Below are positions 9,527 through 17,263 of a DNA stretch of 20,000 bases, in pieces. The number at the start of each line of letters is the position of its first letter. Within the stretch, counting starts at the first letter, position 1. The notes beneath the pieces are model-generated. The model saw only the letters and a list, made by a program, of their open reading frames with translations, did no database searches and had not been told where the DNA came from. This DNA comes from an uncultured virus (IMG/VR IMGVR_UViG_3300034106_002919) (Duplodnaviria > Heunggongvirae > Uroviricota > Caudoviricetes). The DNA is taken from the IMG/VR virus record IMGVR_UViG_3300034106_002919. The stretch is one strand, 5' to 3'. Both the position numbers and the translations under genes were made by a program.

Positions 9527-10774
9527 ATGCTAATCTCTCTTCACACAGATCAGCATATTAAGGATGCTGTAAATATATTTGGCTATGCCTACGGATATAA
9601 TAGAATTTGTAAACATTTTAATAAGTTTGTTTATAGAAATCAAAAACTAAATGTAGTTCAAAATTCACCAGAGGCAAGGGTTCAAATGTTTTATATGGAA
9701 CCTGAATGGTATAACCTAGAAACAATGACCAGCTTTAGAGCGCCAGGTTTTCGCAAATTTTATGATCATCAATATAAAATATATGGGACTCATTTAGAGT
9801 CTACACAAGCATGGCCTCATTGGATTGAGTCAATGAATCAGGTTGATGAAATATGGACAGGTAATCAGTTTGCAGCAAATGCTGTAATTGAATCTAAAGT
9901 TAAGACTCCTGTTTATGTATTTGAGCATGGAATTGATGACGGATGGACTCCTAAAATGCGTGGAAAAGGGTCTAAAATCCGTTTCCTTCATGTTGATTCT
10001 GGTAGCCCAAGAAAGAGGGCAGATCTTGTTGAAAAGGCATTTTTAACCCTTTTTAAAGGCAATACGGATGTTGAACTAACACTTAAATACCACAGTCATG
10101 AATATGATGGTGGTTTTAATGTTCTGGATTTATTTAATGATAATAAAAATGTTAAAAAGATCTATAAGACAGTAACTCATGAAGAAATGGTTGAACTATT
10201 TCATTCTCACGATGTTCTTGTATACCCATCAGAAGGTGAAGGTTTTGGTTTTATTCCTCTTCAAGCGTTAGCGACAGGAATGCCAACAATATCAACTGGT
10301 AGATGGTGCTCGTATGAAAAATACATGCCAGGAAATATTATAGATTCTAAACTTGGAAGAACTACATATACTGGATATGAGTATGGAGATGTGGTCCTTG
10401 CAGAGTTTGATTCTCTTGTGCAACTTATGGAAAACGCTTATAAAAATATTAATTCACAAGCAGAGTTCTATTATAAGCAAGCACCAAAAGTTTATAAAGA
10501 ATACAATTGGCAAGGTAGATGCGACACTTTTTTGAAATCTTTTATTAAAAGAGTCGGTATCAACATGCTCAAGCCAGATGAATCAAAGAGAGAGCCTGGA
10601 AAGAAATTGATATACTTTAAATCAGGAGTCGCCTTCTGCACCCATTCGGGAGTAAAATTTGATCAAAGCAATAGGCTTCAAGAAGTTCCTGAGTTTGAAT
10701 TTGATAATTTACTTAGTCAACCAAATTTTAGAGAACCTTCTGAAGAAGAAATAATTAAACACAGGGGGTATTAA
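9527..10774 (+). CDS. GT-B fold glycosyltransferase (GT4-like) with C-terminal extension
   Basis: DEIWT, EHGID, FLHV..RK, DVLVYPSEGEGFGFIPLQALATGMPTI, YNW. Confidence 0.9.
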   Translation: MLISLHTDQHIKDAVNIFGYAYGYNRICKHFNKFVYRNQKLNVVQNSPEARVQMFYMEPEWYNLETMTSFRAPGFRKFYDHQYKIYGTHLESTQAWPHWIESMNQVDEIWTGNQFAANAVIESKVKTPVYVFEHGIDDGWTPKMRGKGSKIRFLHVDSGSPRKRADLVEKAFLTLFKGNTDVELTLKYHSHEYDGGFNVLDLFNDNKNVKKIYKTVTHEEMVELFHSHDVLVYPSEGEGFGFIPLQALATGMPTISTGRWCSYEKYMPGNIIDSKLGRTTYTGYEYGDVVLAEFDSLVQLMENAYKNINSQAEFYYKQAPKVYKEYNWQGRCDTFLKSFIKRVGINMLKPDESKREPGKKLIYFKSGVAFCTHSGVKFDQSNRLQEVPEFEFDNLLSQPNFREPSEEEIIKHRGY

Positions 10775-11073
10775 TGAAGAGAGATGAAAAACAAGAAATT
10801 AAAAAAGATAAAGCAAAAGCAGTAAAAAACTCTGGTCGTGGTTTTAAGAAAGGCGATGCAACATTTCATGAATTTGTTTTAGATTACAAACATAATGGTG
10901 CAAGTTTTACATTAACTAGAAAAGCTTGGCTAAAGATGAGAAAAGATGCTTGGAACTCAAACTATAAACATGCTTGTATTTCAGTTGTTCTTGGAGAAGA
11001 TTCTGATGTGAAGGTTGCTATAATTGACTGGCAGGTATTTAAAGACCTTATTGAAGGTTCTCAATATGAATAG
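10774..11073 (+). CDS. small PD-(D/E)XK nuclease, probable Hjc-type Holliday junction resolvase
   Basis: NSGRG..KGDA...VLDYK pattern; 99 aa; TAATG coupling to the upstream gene. Confidence 0.6.
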   Translation: MKRDEKQEIKKDKAKAVKNSGRGFKKGDATFHEFVLDYKHNGASFTLTRKAWLKMRKDAWNSNYKHACISVVLGEDSDVKVAIIDWQVFKDLIEGSQYE

Positions 11074-11236
11074 ATCTTACATGGACCCAGAACACACAGA
11101 GCATCTTCTTGAAATTAAAATTAAACAAATTCAAGATGAACTTAGAAAAAATTATGAGCAAAGAAGTTTTCTTAATATCTGCTTAAGCGATGCTATAAAT
11201 GAACTTGCATTGTTTAGATCTAAGAAAGGCTCATAA
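11066..11236 (+). CDS. small coiled-coil hypothetical protein
   Basis: ORF 11024..11236. The ATG at 11066 overlapping the upstream gene end is the more likely start. Confidence 0.55.
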   Translation: MNRSYMDPEHTEHLLEIKIKQIQDELRKNYEQRSFLNICLSDAINELALFRSKKGS

Positions 11237-11711
11237 TTTGAAACCAGCAAACTTTCCCATAAAGTCTTCAGAACTTAAGTGGTTAAAAGCTTGTACAATG
11301 CTTGGAGAAATATTTTCAACTTGTTCAAGAAGAAAATATTTTGCAGTAATCTTAGCAGAAAATGGGCGTGTATCAGGTATTGGATATAACGGTGCTTTGC
11401 CTAATTTAAAACATTGTATTGACGGAGGATGCCCTAGGGCTTTTACTGATGTTGAGCATGGTTCAAATTATGACAACTGTGTAGCAGTACATGCAGAAGC
11501 AAATGCTTTGCTTTGGTCTGATAGAACAATGAGGCAAAGTGGAACCTTAATTATAAATGGTCCTCCATGCTTTAGTTGTGCAAAACTAATTGCAACATCT
11601 GGTATTTCAAAAGTTCTGTGTTTGAGAGATGATGAGTATAAAAATTTTGATCAAGTTGAAAAGCTGCTTAAAGAAGCGGGTATATTTTTAGGAGTAATTG
11701 ATGAAATCTAA
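11199..11711 (+). CDS. dCMP deaminase (zinc-dependent deaminase)
   Basis: STCSRRK, GYNG, HAEANA, PPCFSCAKLI. Start uncertain (TTG at 11238 possible). Confidence 0.9.
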   Translation: MNLHCLDLRKAHNLKPANFPIKSSELKWLKACTMLGEIFSTCSRRKYFAVILAENGRVSGIGYNGALPNLKHCIDGGCPRAFTDVEHGSNYDNCVAVHAEANALLWSDRTMRQSGTLIINGPPCFSCAKLIATSGISKVLCLRDDEYKNFDQVEKLLKEAGIFLGVIDEI

Positions 11712-11955
11712 AGTTTTAAAAATGATAAAAATGAAAAGATATTTCTTCATTAGATCGCTATTAGAAGAAATCTATTTAGAAATTGATTCTTTGGAGCGTT
11801 TGGCGAAGAATCACAAGGTTGTCTCTGATACACTAGCGAGCACCATATGCGAAATTGTTGAACACAGTTCGCCATCATGGGTAAGTAAGATGAAGCAGTT
11901 AGGTATAGATCAAAAGATACAAAAGTCTATGGAGACATATGAACGAACAAGGTAA
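11698..11955 (+). CDS. hypothetical protein
   Basis: 85-aa ORF with GGAG upstream, overlapping both neighbours. Confidence 0.6.
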   Translation: MMKSKVLKMIKMKRYFFIRSLLEEIYLEIDSLERLAKNHKVVSDTLASTICEIVEHSSPSWVSKMKQLGIDQKIQKSMETYERTR

Positions 11956-13246
11956 AACATTTGGAAGCCTATTTGCAGGAGTTGGTGGTTTTGACATTGG
12001 TTTAGAAAACGCTGGCTGGAAATGTGAATGGCAAGTTGAATGGGATAAGCATTGTCAAGAAGTACTTAAAAGACACTGGCCCGACATTCCTAAGTATCTT
12101 GATGTTCAAGATGTAGATGGAACAAAAATTAAGCCAGTAGATATGATTACCTTTGGTTCACCTTGTCAGGATTTATCTGTCGCTGGTAAGCGAGCAGGTC
12201 TTGATGGCGGTCGTTCAGGTATGTTTTTTGAAGCAATTAGAATAATCAAGGAGATGCGTAATGCAACAAATGGAGAATATCCAAAATGGGCAATCTGGGA
12301 AAATGTACCAGGTGCCCTCACAAGCAATAAAGGAGAAGATTTCGCAGAAGTCATCAACCAAATGGCAAACATCGGGGCATTGGCAATTGAATGGCATGTC
12401 TTGGATGCACAATGGTTCGGAGTCCCCCAGAGAAGAAGAAGAGTATTTGTCATCGCTTGTTTTGATTCTGCAACCGCTGAAAGATGTGGAACACAAATAT
12501 TACCTGTCCCCGAAGACAGCGATGGGAATATTAAGAAGAGCAGAAAGAAAAGGAAACACTATGCCAGAACCATTGAGACAGGCTCTGATAGACCTGTCCT
12601 CTACGATAAATCAGGATATGGAAAGTGGTCAGAAGGCGGAGTAAGTCTATCCGCTAGTGATTATAAAAGACCAGAAATGAATTTCATCCTTGAACCATAT
12701 GTCAAGGTTGTTAGATCTGGTGCAAGAGATGCAGAAGGTAATTTACCAGCAGAAGTTTGGAGAACAGAAGATATTAGTCCAACTTTAAATGCTTTTGATA
12801 ATACTGGCGAGTCTAGAGCGACAGTCATGATTGTTGATGGAACAAGAGTTAATGATGTTCGTATTTACGAAGATGGAATTATGCCAACTCTAAAACATAG
12901 GATGGGTACTGGTGGTGGACAAGTCCCATTGGTAGGGATTTCTGATGGGGATAAAACATACTCTTTCCATATTAAGCAAGATCCAATATCTGAAAAAAAT
13001 ACATCAATATGCATCACCGAACAAATGGGTGTAGGAGTAGCAATTCCAAGTGAATATACACCAGAACTTGTATTGCGTAGACTCACTCCTCTTGAATGTG
13101 AAAGATTAATGGGATTCCCAGACAATCACACAGAGTTTGATTCAAATGGTAAAAAGATTGCCGATACAAATCGTTATAAGATGTGTGGTAATGCAGTAGC
13201 ATCACCAGTAGCAGAATGGATAGGGAGGCACTTAATTGGATATTAA
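11939..13246 (+). CDS. C5 cytosine DNA methyltransferase
   Basis: Motif I LFAGVGGF, IV GSPCQDLS, VI WENVPG, VIII PQRRRRVF, IX RRLTPLECERLMGFP, X YKMCGNAV; GGAG SD. Confidence 0.95.
   Translation: MNEQGKTFGSLFAGVGGFDIGLENAGWKCEWQVEWDKHCQEVLKRHWPDIPKYLDVQDVDGTKIKPVDMITFGSPCQDLSVAGKRAGLDGGRSGMFFEAIRIIKEMRNATNGEYPKWAIWENVPGALTSNKGEDFAEVINQMANIGALAIEWHVLDAQWFGVPQRRRRVFVIACFDSATAERCGTQILPVPEDSDGNIKKSRKKRKHYARTIETGSDRPVLYDKSGYGKWSEGGVSLSASDYKRPEMNFILEPYVKVVRSGARDAEGNLPAEVWRTEDISPTLNAFDNTGESRATVMIVDGTRVNDVRIYEDGIMPTLKHRMGTGGGQVPLVGISDGDKTYSFHIKQDPISEKNTSICITEQMGVGVAIPSEYTPELVLRRLTPLECERLMGFPDNHTEFDSNGKKIADTNRYKMCGNAVASPVAEWIGRHLIGY
12261..12644 (+). CDS. nested alternate-frame gene, M.EcoHK31I beta-like MTase partner polypeptide
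   Basis: +1 frame inside the MTase; AAGGAG at 12248-12253, 7 nt before the ATG. The C-terminal part SSLVLIL..KYYLSPKTAMGILRRAERKGNTMPEPLRQAL resembles beta-type polypeptides nested in C5-MTase genes (recognised from memory). Confidence 0.7.
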   Translation: MQQMENIQNGQSGKMYQVPSQAIKEKISQKSSTKWQTSGHWQLNGMSWMHNGSESPREEEEYLSSLVLILQPLKDVEHKYYLSPKTAMGILRRAERKGNTMPEPLRQALIDLSSTINQDMESGQKAE

Positions 13247-13472
13247 ATTTCTTGTTGGATGGAGTATTGGTATTAGTAACTTTATACTTACAGTCTATTT
13301 GTATAGAAAACAAAATATTACAAAATATAAAAATGTAATTATAAAATACAACCAAGCTTTGAACAAGTATGACAAAACAATTCAAAATCAAGATTGGCAA
13401 GCATTGCCAGAGGTAGAAAAAGAACTTGATGAAGCAATCAACAATGTAAGGAGTATTACAAATAATGAGTGA
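13236..13472 (+). CDS. small protein with N-terminal transmembrane helix
   Basis: TTG start with GGGAGG SD; hydrophobic FLVGWSIGISNFILTVYLY followed by a basic/coiled-coil tail. Confidence 0.65.
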   Translation: MDIKFLVGWSIGISNFILTVYLYRKQNITKYKNVIIKYNQALNKYDKTIQNQDWQALPEVEKELDEAINNVRSITNNE

Positions 13473-13680
13473 TCCAGCATTTTTTGAGTTATTAAAACTC
13501 TTGGAAGAGTCTGAAGCAGAACTTGAATTAATTAAAGGAGATTTGGAAAACTGGAAATATGTAGCAGATTTATTTGCATCATTTTATGACCATAGAACAT
13601 CTAGTACTCAAATTAATACAAATCTTTCTGAAGCATATGGCATATATATTAAACTAAAGGAACTAGATGAGCGAAAATGA
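13465..13680 (+). CDS. hypothetical protein
   Basis: 71-aa ORF with AAGGAG SD, overlapping both neighbours. Confidence 0.65.
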   Translation: MSDPAFFELLKLLEESEAELELIKGDLENWKYVADLFASFYDHRTSSTQINTNLSEAYGIYIKLKELDERK

Positions 13681-13819
13681 TCTTAATAAACTTTTCTTTT
13701 ATGAGGGAAAAGTAGAGCAGCTTCTTGTTGAAAAAGAAAAGTTGCTTATTAAAATTAAACTACTTGAAGATGAAATTACACTATTAAAGTCAAGACTTTC
13801 TTCTTATCAAAGCAGATAA
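13667..13819 (+). CDS. 50-aa coiled-coil protein (not in ORF track)
   Basis: MSENDLNKLFFYEGKVEQLLVEKEKLLIKIKLLEDEITLLKSRLSSYQSR*; AAGGA upstream; fills the gap; leucine periodicity. Confidence 0.65.
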   Translation: MSENDLNKLFFYEGKVEQLLVEKEKLLIKIKLLEDEITLLKSRLSSYQSR

Positions 13820-13824
13820 TAAAA

Positions 13825-14040
13825 ATGCTTTGGTCTTGGATTCTTGGCATACTTGGGGTAACTGGTCTTTGGCTTGCTGGCAAACAAGTTTGGTGGGGCT
13901 GGTTGATTACCCTAATAAATGAAATTTTATGGATAACTTACGCTATTGCTACAGAGCAGTATGGATTTATCTTTATGGCCATATGTTATGCTATGGTCTA
14001 TCTTAGAAATGCGATTGTAAATAGGAGATTAAATGATTAA
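13825..14040 (+). CDS. PnuC-like three-helix membrane protein
   Basis: Three hydrophobic segments with WSWIL..GLWLAG...WWGW..NEILW..YA....YGF pattern typical of phage PnuC-like small proteins. Confidence 0.6.
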   Translation: MLWSWILGILGVTGLWLAGKQVWWGWLITLINEILWITYAIATEQYGFIFMAICYAMVYLRNAIVNRRLND

Positions 14041-14134
14041 GGAAATTGGATACTTTATTTGGATGTTCTCAGCGGTGACAATTTTGACCGTTGTTGTGCT
14101 AAACTATCTTGATAAAAAGAGTAAAGGAGAATAA
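14033..14134 (+). CDS. 33-aa single-pass membrane peptide (not in ORF track)
   Basis: MIKEIGYFIWMFSAVTILTVVVLNYLDKKSKGE*; AGGAG SD; TAATG coupling to the next gene. Confidence 0.6.
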   Translation: MIKEIGYFIWMFSAVTILTVVVLNYLDKKSKGE

Positions 14135-14454
14135 TGCCAGACATTATTGTTGATATTGATTGGCTATCTTCACAAATGGGTGAAGATGCCGAAGAATTTA
14201 TTGAGTGTATGAAGATTGTAGATGACATTATCAACAATCCAAATCACTATGTAGGAGGACAGGCTATTAAGTACGCAAACATTTTGGCAGCATATAGAAC
14301 CAAAATGATTGTTAAGTCTCAAGCATTTAAACGCCGATCATCTATGATGACGGAGAAAGATAAGACGGTAAATGATATATGGAAAACCATGTATGAAGCA
14401 CTTGCCGAAAATATTAATGTTCTTAAACTGGCCGCTAAAGGCGGTTATAATTGA
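14134..14454 (+). CDS. hypothetical helical protein
   Basis: 106-aa ORF with AAGGAG SD, directly upstream of the Cas4-like nuclease. Confidence 0.75.
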   Translation: MPDIIVDIDWLSSQMGEDAEEFIECMKIVDDIINNPNHYVGGQAIKYANILAAYRTKMIVKSQAFKRRSSMMTEKDKTVNDIWKTMYEALAENINVLKLAAKGGYN

Positions 14455-15191
14455 GAGCTTTTAATGCTTTAAGAAATCCAGTCCCTAAAGAAGAAAAGAC
14501 TGATCCTGTAATAAATGATGCAGAAGTCGCTGAAGAACTTGTTAAGTCTATTAATCAATCGTTTGAGAAGAGAAATGTTGAATTTGAAAAAAAAGTTGAT
14601 GGTTTTCATCCTAGTTACACAAATCAGTGCTCTAGATATTGGTACTACATCTTTCAAGGCGTAAATGTAATACCATCGTTTTCTGCACAGACATACCGTA
14701 TTTTTGATAACGGTCATGCTGTTCACGAACGCATATACTCATATTTTAGGGAAATGGGGATACTTGTAGCAGAAGAGATTCCTGTAACTTATGAAAATCC
14801 CCCAATTACTGGCACTGCTGATGGTATAATTGACTTTCACGGAAAGAAATTGATTGAACTAAAATCAATATCTACAGAAGGTTTTGAGTACAGAAGAATA
14901 TATAACAAGCCAAAAGATGATCATTATAGGCAAGCACAAATCTACTTGCGCTGCTTGGATCTAGAAAGTGCATTTGTAATTTATGAAAACAAGAATAATC
15001 AAGACATTCTGCCAATCCTAATTCATAGGGATGAAAAATTTATAGATAATCTGTTTAAGAAATATACAGATATCTATACTAGGTACAAGGAGTCAAGAAT
15101 GCCAAAGCGACCATATAAGCAAACATCGCCAAAATGTACATCTTGTGAACTGTACCAGTATTGCTGGGCAGACGAAAATGGCGGTTCATGA
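14451..15191 (+). CDS. Cas4-like / PD-(D/E)XK exonuclease
   Basis: HPS...QCSR, GHAVH, GTADG, IELKS, QAQIY and C-terminal CTSC-x5-C (split four-Cys cluster); TTG start. Confidence 0.85.
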   Translation: MRAFNALRNPVPKEEKTDPVINDAEVAEELVKSINQSFEKRNVEFEKKVDGFHPSYTNQCSRYWYYIFQGVNVIPSFSAQTYRIFDNGHAVHERIYSYFREMGILVAEEIPVTYENPPITGTADGIIDFHGKKLIELKSISTEGFEYRRIYNKPKDDHYRQAQIYLRCLDLESAFVIYENKNNQDILPILIHRDEKFIDNLFKKYTDIYTRYKESRMPKRPYKQTSPKCTSCELYQYCWADENGGS

Positions 15192-15486
15192 GGTAAGAGT
15201 TTGTGCAAATGAAGATTGTTATACTGGCTTTATTGCAAAGTCTTATAACGCTATATATTGCTCGGCAGAGTGTAGAAAAATCTGCACTAATAAAAAACTT
15301 TTAGAGAAATATCATGAAAACAAAAATCAAAAAAATAAAAAAAGAGTTTGTAAAACTCAAAGTTGTTCAACAATTCTTTCACGATATAACAAAGAGAATA
15401 TTTGTGAAAGTTGTAAAAACGAAAGGTTCATCAAAAGACTTGTATCTTGGGGCTGGGATGAAGAAAAACTCAGAAGAGAACCATGA
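15178..15486 (+). CDS. cysteine-rich zinc-finger protein
   Basis: CANEDC...YCSAEC and CKTQSC...CESC (eight Cys). ORF is open from 15145; the ATG at 15178 is the more likely start. Confidence 0.7.
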   Translation: MAVHEVRVCANEDCYTGFIAKSYNAIYCSAECRKICTNKKLLEKYHENKNQKNKKRVCKTQSCSTILSRYNKENICESCKNERFIKRLVSWGWDEEKLRREP

Positions 15487-16055
15487 GCCTCAAGAATATA
15501 ATGAGAGCAAAAAATGCATGGGAAAATGTTCTTGCAATTGACCCCGCATCTCACTCACTAGCATGGGCGGTTATTAATCGCAATAAAGAGATTGTTGAGA
15601 CTGGAAAGATTGATCTATCTAAATTTAAAGATGTTTCTGTTAAGTTTGAATCAATTCAGTCTGGTATCAAAGATATTCTTGAAAAACACACAATTGATTA
15701 TGCTGTAATTGAACAGTCTGTCTATATTCAAAACTTTCAATCAAGCAGGATTATTTCTTACATAATTGGCTTTACTTGGGGAATTTTAAATGTCTACGGA
15801 GTAAAGACTCAAGATGTTAGTCCTCTAATGTGGAAGCCTGGTATTGGATATAAGAATGTAACAAAGAAAGATCAGGTAGAACTTGAAAAGAACGGAGAAA
15901 AAGGTTCAATACAAATCAAAATGAAAAACGAAAGAAAGCAGAGAGTAAGAAGCATTGTTTGCGCTGCTTTTGGAAACGAAATTGATGGTATAGACGATGA
16001 TGATATTGTTGACGCAATTGGTATTGGTCTGTGGTATCATTTAACGCATGGCTAA
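15483..16055 (+). CDS. ruvC: RuvC-like Holliday junction resolvase
   Basis: LAIDPAS..LAWA, AVIEQ, P..WK, DDIVDAIGIG; the acidic tetrad is present. Confidence 0.85.
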   Translation: MSLKNIMRAKNAWENVLAIDPASHSLAWAVINRNKEIVETGKIDLSKFKDVSVKFESIQSGIKDILEKHTIDYAVIEQSVYIQNFQSSRIISYIIGFTWGILNVYGVKTQDVSPLMWKPGIGYKNVTKKDQVELEKNGEKGSIQIKMKNERKQRVRSIVCAAFGNEIDGIDDDDIVDAIGIGLWYHLTHG

Positions 16056-16344
16056 CGAACCGTATAAAGACAAGGTGTTCTTGTACGAGATGTATGTTAC
16101 AAGAAGAATGAATTTGACAGATATTTGTAAGCACCTAAAAAAGTCTTACAATATTGAAGTTACACCTCAAGCAATTTATAACTGGGTTAAAAAGCACGAT
16201 CTTCTTAAATATAGGGGTAAAGGTAGAAACTTAAATGCTGGAAGACCAAAACCTGCAAAATCTCCAATGCAAAAAGAGGTTGAGAAAAAAAGAAGAGAAA
16301 TGCAAGCCATAAATAGACAAAGAAAGAAGAAATTTGGAAAATGA
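16048..16344 (+). CDS. HTH DNA-binding protein
   Basis: LTDICKHL...VTPQAIYNWVKKH helix-turn-helix with a very basic tail. Confidence 0.7.
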   Translation: MANEPYKDKVFLYEMYVTRRMNLTDICKHLKKSYNIEVTPQAIYNWVKKHDLLKYRGKGRNLNAGRPKPAKSPMQKEVEKKRREMQAINRQRKKKFGK

Positions 16345-17096
16345 GAAGATTAGTAACATCACAGGATACAGTTACATTTGTAAATCTTGATATGATTTAC
16401 AACAAGGTAAGAGTAATTGAAGCAAAACAGAATGAGACTCAGTTTAAGTGTCTAGGCTCTGGTCTTTGTTGTCGTATTGGGCTAAGAATCCATATGGCAG
16501 AGTGTGCAAATATTGCTTTCAAACTTAGACACAAATATTACCTTACTCTTGAAGATAAAGGTCAACAAGCTGCTGATGATTGGATGAATGAAGTAATTCA
16601 AGATCTAAAAGATGCTATGTATGATAAAGACTGGCAACCAGATGGAGAAACAACTCGCCATTGTGCCTTTTATAAGGGCGGTTGCACTATCTATGAATAC
16701 AGACCAATGGTCTGTAGAACATTTGGAACAATTACAACCGTAGATGATTACTGCCCAAGAATTAGAAATGCTTACGGTTCAATTGATTACTTTAGCGGTG
16801 ATGCAGTTATTAGAGTTATCAAAGAGTTCCAAGATATCCTTAAAGACTACGCAAGCGATAAAGACTACACATACGATATGGTTGTATATATGCCATTAGG
16901 TGTACTAAGTTTCTTGCTTGATACAGAAGAACTTGAAGAACTTGCAAACAATACAGATGAAAAGTTTTGGCAAGGAGTTGTCGGCTGGTACAACTACAGG
17001 GTTCAGTTTACTAAGCAGTATGGTTATTCTTACGATGAACTTGGCAAAGAAGCCGAAGCTATTGGCAATAAACTATCTTTTAATAACGAAGACTAA
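16341..17096 (+). CDS. YkgJ-family (CxxCxxCC) cysteine-cluster protein
   Basis: FKCLGSGLCCR and HCAFYKGGCTIYEYRPMVCRTF motifs. Confidence 0.85.
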   Translation: MRRLVTSQDTVTFVNLDMIYNKVRVIEAKQNETQFKCLGSGLCCRIGLRIHMAECANIAFKLRHKYYLTLEDKGQQAADDWMNEVIQDLKDAMYDKDWQPDGETTRHCAFYKGGCTIYEYRPMVCRTFGTITTVDDYCPRIRNAYGSIDYFSGDAVIRVIKEFQDILKDYASDKDYTYDMVVYMPLGVLSFLLDTEELEELANNTDEKFWQGVVGWYNYRVQFTKQYGYSYDELGKEAEAIGNKLSFNNED

Positions 17097-17109
17097 TTTT
17101 GTTAATTTG

Positions 17110-17118
17110 TGATATTAT
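17110..17118 (+). promoter_or_regulatory. putative extended -10 promoter
   Basis: TG-A-TATTAT in the largest gap between ORF-track genes, just upstream of a strong SD; no consensus -35. Confidence 0.4.
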
Positions 17119-17139
17119 TTTTTGTACGAAAGGAGTGCA

Positions 17140-17220
17140 ATGATCATTAGTCGTGTAACAGAGCGTCTTGTTCTATTTCTAGAATGTGACACTCTCAAAA
17201 TCTATCGGGTTGTATCCTGA
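17140..17220 (+). CDS. 26-aa microprotein / possible leader peptide (not in ORF track)
   Basis: MIISRVTERLVLFLECDTLKIYRVVS*, preceded by GAAAGGAG (17128-17135). Confidence 0.55.
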   Translation: MIISRVTERLVLFLECDTLKIYRVVS

Positions 17221-17231
17221 TACTAAGTAGC

Positions 17232-17256
17232 AGGGGTCCCGAAAGGGACCCCTTTT
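17232..17256 (+). terminator. intrinsic terminator-like hairpin
   Basis: AGGGGTCCC-GAAA-GGGACCCCT with a GNRA tetraloop, followed by TTT. Confidence 0.75.
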
Positions 17257-17263
17257 AAATATT

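Noticed and set aside
11939..13246. Restriction-modification system
   Set aside because: No adjacent cognate endonuclease was recognised; an orphan phage MTase is more likely.
14451..15191. CRISPR-Cas system suggested by the Cas4-like gene
   Set aside because: No repeat-spacer array or other cas genes were seen; solo Cas4-like exonucleases are common in phages.
17214..17253. Hammerhead ribozyme (CTGA...GAAA)
   Set aside because: The core reads CTGATAC rather than CTGANGA, and the GAAA is the loop of a simple hairpin.
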